Shown here one piece after another: positions 58,625 to 63,545 of a stretch of 63,545 nucleotides of DNA. A program made the position numbers and the translations under genes. The notes under the pieces were generated by a model, which saw only the letters and a list, made by a program, of their open reading frames with translations, did not search any database and was not told the origin of the DNA. The DNA is from a virus (lineage: Duplodnaviria; Caudoviricetes), in IMG/VR virus record IMGVR_UViG_3300022536_000073, positions 1 to 63,545 of that record; one strand, given 5' to 3'. The first letter of the stretch is position 1. The number at the start of each line of letters is the position of its first letter.

Positions 58625-59088
58625 TGCAGAAGTTCCTTTAATGCCTCTACATGATGGTTTAATAATCCAGTAGCTTGTGAGGTCTTTACGCAATTAGAAA
58701 CTAGGGAGCCCATATCGCTTATATCGTCATCTACAATAGCAAAGTGGGTGACTTTGGGGTGATCCCCCAACCACATCTTGATCTGGTCCCCCCTGGAACT
58801 CGCAAATATATTCTGCATGGAGTCCGGAGTTCTCCCAATAATGTAGTCTGCGAAATCGGGCAGTAAAAGTTTCAAGTCTTCCAAAGAACGCCCAATACGC
58901 CAAGAGGATGAGACCACCATTTTGGTGTTTGGTAACTCCTTGAATAATGTTTTTAAGGTACGGACTGCTTTAGGGTCTAAGTCGGCCCGATCATCAAACA
59001 TTGAGTATCCCCGCACGCGCTCGGGTTGGGAGGCGAACCATTCCCTAGAATTGAGCACCCCGTCAATGTCTAAAAAAAGCACCCTCAT
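58621..59088 (-). CDS. HAD-superfamily protein (RNA-repair 'Swiss army knife' type)
   Basis: FLDIDGVLN, VVSSSWR and IVDDD motifs. Confidence 0.85.
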   Translation of the reverse strand: MRVLFLDIDGVLNSREWFASQPERVRGYSMFDDRADLDPKAVRTLKTLFKELPNTKMVVSSSWRIGRSLEDLKLLLPDFADYIIGRTPDSMQNIFASSRGDQIKMWLGDHPKVTHFAIVDDDISDMGSLVSNCVKTSQATGLLNHHVEALKELLQ

Positions 59089-59090
59089 TA

Positions 59091-59354
59091 TCAGTCCTCG
59101 TTGCTAGGTTTTCTTTCGGAAAGTCTATCTAAATAGGAGCTATCGGTATAGAAGTTATCTGGTTCCCCCCAGCAATCTGGAAGTTTTGAGGACGACGTCG
59201 TTAGGTCATAGACGGAAGGGAAATGTTTGAGTATCCTACTGGCCTGTTGGCGTACGGCTTTGGGGACTCTGGGGGTGGTCTTTGGAGAACATAAGTCAAT
59301 TAAAAAGTCCCGGGCTCTGAGAACTGCCAAAGTTCGTTCGTTAGGTACTGTCAT
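59091..59354 (-). CDS. conserved hypothetical protein (BPSL0761-like)
   Basis: MT.P.ERT.AV...TPRVP..VR..A...L.HFP pattern. Confidence 0.65.
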   Translation of the reverse strand: MTVPNERTLAVLRARDFLIDLCSPKTTPRVPKAVRQQASRILKHFPSVYDLTTSSSKLPDCWGEPDNFYTDSSYLDRLSERKPSNED

Positions 59355-59457
59355 TTTAACCTCTCTACCGTGGGGATATTTGTGGTTTCTTTAACCCTAG
59401 CAAGTTTAACATACACGCTAAGTAACGAGGCTAGAACCACCGAAAACACTCCCAGGA

Positions 59458-59712
59458 TTATTTTTCTTCGCACTCGAGCCCCACCACTTCTAATAGCTTG
59501 TCGGCGAGTTTCCTCGCCGTCTCCGGGGTGAGTCTCAAGCCTATTCCCACTTCTTGCTCTTTGTTGAAATCTAGATAATAGGCACTTTTTGGTCCCGTCG
59601 AGGGTGAGTATAAAACGAAAAGTTTACCCAAATCTGGGTGCGTACCCCCCCTAATCTCCAAAAGATTATTGATCTTACTCACTTTTTTATACTCGGGCTC
59701 TGCTTTATTCAT
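59458..59712 (-). CDS. hypothetical protein
   Basis: ORF in the minus-strand block. Confidence 0.5.
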   Translation of the reverse strand: MNKAEPEYKKVSKINNLLEIRGGTHPDLGKLFVLYSPSTGPKSAYYLDFNKEQEVGIGLRLTPETARKLADKLLEVVGLECEEK

Positions 59713-60007
59713 TAAGTAAACCTTTCAGGCCATTGTAGTATCGATTGGCCTCCTCTCTCCAAGAATTTCTATCTTCAATCATTGTCTGAAGTACGTGTTT
59801 ACTTTTGAATTTTTTACCTTCACGCATTTCTACTTTATAAGGACGTTCCGCGAACTGGTCAGTTTTAGTTATCTTAAGTACATAACCAAGCTCTTTACGT
59901 AGTAAATCGGCATTTTCTTTTGAAACACATATTGGATATCCACCGAACGCGTCGAAATCTGAATGAAAGTGTTGGATGGTACTGAAAATATAAAGCTCAT
60001 TTTGCAT
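59705..60007 (-). CDS. hypothetical protein
   Basis: ORF in the minus-strand block. Confidence 0.5.
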   Translation of the reverse strand: MQNELYIFSTIQHFHSDFDAFGGYPICVSKENADLLRKELGYVLKITKTDQFAERPYKVEMREGKKFKSKHVLQTMIEDRNSWREEANRYYNGLKGLLNE

Positions 60008-60008
60008 A

Positions 60009-60761
60009 TTACACCTCGAAAATTAAATATTTGGGATCGTTGTAGTCTGACCCACTATTGAGCACTCTACAAGAATCCTCTACATTATCCTTCCTCTGGT
60101 GGTTATGCCCACAACAGAAGTAGTCAAAACGTTCCTTTACTATATCATAGAATTTTGGATTAGCGCAACATTTTTCCCATTTTTTATCGTTCACATAGGG
60201 GTTATGGTGTGTCACGGCTACAGAGGCTCGGTAAGGGGTTAAATCTATTGCTAAAATTTCATCGAATTGCTGCCAAGCTCTGTTTGACATAAATACGTGC
60301 ATTGGGCATCCCTGCACGTCTTGGAACATATTATAAGCGTCGTTTGTTGGGGGGTCTGCGTCCCCATACCACCCGTCCCAACCACAAAAAAGAACGTTGT
60401 CAATTACTTTGGGACCACGTTCTAAATGGTGGATATCGTATTTTTTGAAAAGGTGTTGGTGTAAGTACTCAAGTCTGTGAAAACCTCTATGGCCCGCTTG
60501 CTCATCCTTGCGGTCTAAGACATCCCAAAAATCATGATTGCCACGTACAAGCAGGATTGGAATATCGACGTGCTCCCGGGCTTGCTCGATACTTCTTTTA
60601 AACTGTCTTTGTTTATTGACGGCTACGTCTCCTGCCCAAATCAAGACTTTGATGTCTTGGGTTTCGATTTCTTTTTGGATCTTTTTCCAAAATTTTGAGT
60701 GCTTGGAGTGGGTTTTACCATTTAACCCGTAATGTGTGTCTGAAGTTAATAAAACCTTCAT
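60009..60761 (-). CDS. metallophosphoesterase
   Basis: SDTH, AGD, GNHD, THH and GHNH motifs. Confidence 0.88.
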   Translation of the reverse strand: MKVLLTSDTHYGLNGKTHSKHSKFWKKIQKEIETQDIKVLIWAGDVAVNKQRQFKRSIEQAREHVDIPILLVRGNHDFWDVLDRKDEQAGHRGFHRLEYLHQHLFKKYDIHHLERGPKVIDNVLFCGWDGWYGDADPPTNDAYNMFQDVQGCPMHVFMSNRAWQQFDEILAIDLTPYRASVAVTHHNPYVNDKKWEKCCANPKFYDIVKERFDYFCCGHNHQRKDNVEDSCRVLNSGSDYNDPKYLIFEV

Positions 60762-61435
60762 TATTTTGAGATTTCCATAATTTTAAAATGTGTTTTTATT
60801 AAACTAGCCACTAACTCACATTCTTCTCCGCTATAACCTTCTTCTTTACCAACTTCTTTGTAATTCTTTTCAAACTCTTTTAATGATTTCCATGTCTTAC
60901 ACCCTACATGAAACCAGTTTGGTGTAATTGTTATGTTATGTCTTAAGTTAATAATGTTGATACATTCTGAGGATTTAGTTACCTTAGCATCTCCATAAAC
61001 TTTAGCATCTCCAAAAACCCAAGCATCATCAGAAACTACAGCTTTTCCAGAAACTCTAGCATTTCCAGAAACTTGAGCATATCCAGAAACTTGAGCATTT
61101 TCATAAACTCTAGCATCATGAGAAACTCTAGCATTTCCAGAAACTTGAGCGTATCCAGTAACTACAGCATTTCCAGAAACTTGAGCGTATCCAGTAACTA
61201 CAGCATTTCCAGAAACTTGAGCGTATCCAGTAACTACAGCATTTCCCAAAACCCAAGCATCTCCAGAAATCCAAGCATTTCCAGAGATCCAACAATCACC
61301 TTCTTGACTTAGGTTTTTCTCTGATCTAACCCAACCTCCTAAATCACCTTTCTTGATACCGTATAAAGGAATATCTCGAAGTGCTCTGATTTGAGTTAGA
61401 CCGTCTTTTTTGTTGGTAGTTAATTCGTATTTCAT
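60761..61435 (-). CDS. hexapeptide-repeat protein, copy 2
   Basis: Paralog of 31217-31945. Confidence 0.85.
   Translation of the reverse strand: MKYELTTNKKDGLTQIRALRDIPLYGIKKGDLGGWVRSEKNLSQEGDCWISGNAWISGDAWVLGNAVVTGYAQVSGNAVVTGYAQVSGNAVVTGYAQVSGNARVSHDARVYENAQVSGYAQVSGNARVSGKAVVSDDAWVFGDAKVYGDAKVTKSSECINIINLRHNITITPNWFHVGCKTWKSLKEFEKNYKEVGKEEGYSGEECELVASLIKTHFKIMEISK
61130..61237. repeat. three exact tandem 36-bp repeats
   Basis: AGCATTTCCAGAAACTTGAGCGTATCCAGTAACTAC x3, coding for VVTGYAQVSGNA. Confidence 0.9.
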
Positions 61436-61662
61436 CGTTTTATCTCCCTAAACGCCAACCTCGGTTTAATTAACAAAAAAGCTTCGAGCCTAGTCCCACA
61501 TTTGGGGCACTCTTCTTGCTCCCCTGCGATGTCACAGGCTACTGTTGCGGGAACAGTTTGCTCATCAAATTTATCTAACAAACACTCCCCCGCTTTTGAC
61601 TGAAACTCAATTTCAGTTGTGCAGTTAGGGCACTCAACAACTACGGAATCATATAATCCCAT
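61432..61662 (-). CDS. zinc-ribbon protein
   Basis: MGLYD...CPNC...FQSK...CPKC. Confidence 0.6.
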   Translation of the reverse strand: MGLYDSVVVECPNCTTEIEFQSKAGECLLDKFDEQTVPATVACDIAGEQEECPKCGTRLEAFLLIKPRLAFREIKR

Positions 61663-61665
61663 ACA

Positions 61666-61896
61666 CTAAGCTGCCTTGGAGTCTTTCCCAGTCATGATAA
61701 ACCAACCAAGAATCCCGAAATCAGCATAATCATGGTCGTGATACTCTAATTCAAAAATAGCGATATCAAACTCTTGTGATTTAATGCCCATCCCCACAGC
61801 TTGTGTTTTGATGGCCGTCAAAGTACCTTCAAAAGCTTTGCCAGTCTTACTGTGGATTTGATAAATTCCTGTTTTTAAATCTCTAAGCCTGTACAT
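61666..61896 (-). CDS. hypothetical protein
   Basis: GGAGG RBS. Confidence 0.55.
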   Translation of the reverse strand: MYRLRDLKTGIYQIHSKTGKAFEGTLTAIKTQAVGMGIKSQEFDIAIFELEYHDHDYADFGILGWFIMTGKDSKAA

Positions 61897-62086
61897 AAAA
61901 CCTCCATTATTGTGTTCGTGGTGTACCATTAGAAAGTAACTCTTTTTAATACTTTGCTGTAACCCTTTTTGATCTTACTATGCAGGGATTTGTTTTTCAG
62001 TAAAGAGTGAATCAACAACAATCCGCCCCCAGGAGCTACGACTACCGTAGTCCAAAAAGCAATCTGTTTAAAGGTCTTCTTTTTGC

Positions 62087-63016
62087 TCATTTCAAACTCC
62101 TCAAAGCCTTCCCAGCATTAAGTCTACTTTCGGACCTTACCTTACCCTTTAAGTTAGGTGTTGTATCCGCTTCTTTGATTATAATCTCAGATAACTGTTC
62201 GGGGGTCAACTGTGTCTTTTTTGACTTCAATAAAGCGGCCACACCGCTTACAAAGGCGGTGGCCTGTGAGCTACCGCTCAGTGCTGCTCTTCCGTTTTTG
62301 GGGTAAGTACTCGAGATCCTCACTCCAGGAGCCGCTATGTCTACGCTCTTTTTTCCATAGTTAAAACGGGCACCTACAACATCTTTTTCATCTGTCCCCG
62401 TAACACAAAGTACGTTAGAAAGTTCGTAAGCACACGGAAAGAAACGTTTTTCAAGTCTATCATCTATATCTGCTTCATTGTTCCCGGCTGCTGCAACTAC
62501 TAGGATCCCTGCCTGACGGGCCCGTAACAAAGTTAAATACTCCGCCTCTACAAAACGCATACCTCCCGCACTAAAATTAATAATATCTACCCGACGTTTG
62601 ATCGCATAATCCACAGCTTTTATAGCGTAGTGTAGGTTTTGTGGCCCTGTGTTGTTAGAGGAATAGTACTTGATCGGCAAAATAGAGACCCCTGGAGCCA
62701 CTTTCCGCACAATACCTGCTACGTGCGTTCCGTGGCCGTTCACGTCACTATGGTCCCCAAAGGGGGGTGTGAAGCTTTTACCCCACATAACGCCTGGGAG
62801 GTCTGGATGATCTGCTTGCACTCCGGTGTCGATCACCGCCACGACTACGTCTTTATGGCCTCTGGTAACTTCCCATGCCTTGAGTATGTCGATTTTAGCC
62901 AAGCCCCAGTTCTCTGGAGAGTTGATTAGAGCCTTTTTCTGAGTACTTTCGGCATGGTCTCCGTAAGTCAGAATTCCTAAGATAGCCAATATAGCTGCAT
63001 AAAAAGTATAGTTCAT
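62087..63016 (-). CDS. secreted subtilisin-like (S8) serine protease
   Basis: Signal peptide; VAVIDTG, HGTHVAG, AAGN and GSSQA motifs. Confidence 0.9.
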   Translation of the reverse strand: MNYTFYAAILAILGILTYGDHAESTQKKALINSPENWGLAKIDILKAWEVTRGHKDVVVAVIDTGVQADHPDLPGVMWGKSFTPPFGDHSDVNGHGTHVAGIVRKVAPGVSILPIKYYSSNNTGPQNLHYAIKAVDYAIKRRVDIINFSAGGMRFVEAEYLTLLRARQAGILVVAAAGNNEADIDDRLEKRFFPCAYELSNVLCVTGTDEKDVVGARFNYGKKSVDIAAPGVRISSTYPKNGRAALSGSSQATAFVSGVAALLKSKKTQLTPEQLSEIIIKEADTTPNLKGKVRSESRLNAGKALRSLK

Positions 63017-63062
63017 AATCCCAACATAACACGTCTTGGGGGGGTTTGGGAACCCCCTATTT

Positions 63063-63071
63063 TGGTATAAT
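63063..63071 (+). promoter_or_regulatory. putative late promoter TGGTATAAT
   Basis: Motif at the restart of the tail genes. Confidence 0.6.
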
Positions 63072-63110
63072 TGGATTAGATATATAGATTTAGATTGGAG
63101 ATCTCCCAAA

Positions 63111-63545
63111 ATGAGTAAATTCAAGAACTTAGCAAAAGATGTGCCCCCTACAGAGCATACTTTTATTGTGGACGTTGAGGGTCAAGCTACCAAAAAACGG
63201 TATGTAGGTGAGTTTACTTGCAAAATCCCTACCCAAAAAGACCAATGTCTCATTGCTAAACACAGAGCGTTCCTTAATGGAGAGTTTGCTCAATATCTCG
63301 ACCCGATTACTTTAAACACCCACCACATGATTTCTTATCTCAGATTCACTATCCAGACCGACGGCTGCCCTAAGTGGTGGGTAGATTCGGATTTGGGCTA
63401 TGAATTAATCGACGCCAACGTTACCGAAGTCGTGTATAACAGCGTGTTGGAGTTCGAGCGTGACTGGATGAAGCAGATTTGGGGAGAAGAAGAGATACAA
63501 AAGCTAGAGGACCAAGACGGTGACCGAGAGGAAGTCCAAGAAGCA
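63111..63545 (+). CDS. putative tail assembly chaperone, 3' truncated (absent from the ORF track)
   Basis: Hand translation MSKFKNLAKD...YVGEFTCKIPT...PKWW...; GGAG RBS; next + strand gene after the tube island. Confidence 0.55.
   Translation, partial: MSKFKNLAKDVPPTEHTFIVDVEGQATKKRYVGEFTCKIPTQKDQCLIAKHRAFLNGEFAQYLDPITLNTHHMISYLRFTIQTDGCPKWWVDSDLGYELIDANVTEVVYNSVLEFERDWMKQIWGEEEIQKLEDQDGDREEVQEA

Noticed and set aside
61130-61237. 36-bp repeats as a CRISPR array
   Set aside because: The repeats are contiguous with no spacers and lie in frame within a coding repeat.
31217-61435. Paralogous hexapeptide genes as a DGR template/variable pair
   Set aside because: Differences are largely synonymous and not adenine-specific, and there is no reverse transcriptase in the window.
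1-63545. Stop-codon reassignment or introns/inteins in core genes
   Set aside because: TerL, portal, capsid and sheath read as intact full-length ORFs in the standard code, and all three stop codons end genes.
63111-63545. Programmed frameshift in the tail assembly chaperone
   Set aside because: The gene runs off the window and no clear slippery site is visible, so this cannot be assessed.

Overview
This window is part of a large lytic dsDNA tailed phage genome (myovirus, standard genetic code), with no bacterial housekeeping context and no integrase. The + strand carries an SPO1/Twort(Herelleviridae)-like morphogenesis module: small and large terminase, portal, MuF-like head protein, prohead protease, scaffold, major capsid, neck and tail-completion proteins, sheath, tube and a truncated tail assembly chaperone. 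Four minus-strand blocks of small accessory genes split this module into islands, and many islands restart from a recurring (T/C/G)G(G/A)TATAAT promoter without a -35 box. Other genes include an SbcC/Rad50 ATPase, a RuvC-like resolvase, a Cas4-like nuclease, an RpoD-like sigma factor with a degenerate region 4.2, a trigger-factor-like/GroES/ClpP/ClpP cassette, a PagL-like lipid A deacylase (suggesting an LPS-bearing host), patatin, subtilisin, two DNA methyltransferases, three free-standing endonucleases and one tRNA-Asn. One methyltransferase appears to be encoded by two almost fully overlapping reading frames, and two of the endonucleases are Vsr-like nuclease/GNAT-like fusions. All calls come from motif recognition by eye; no database searches were run.
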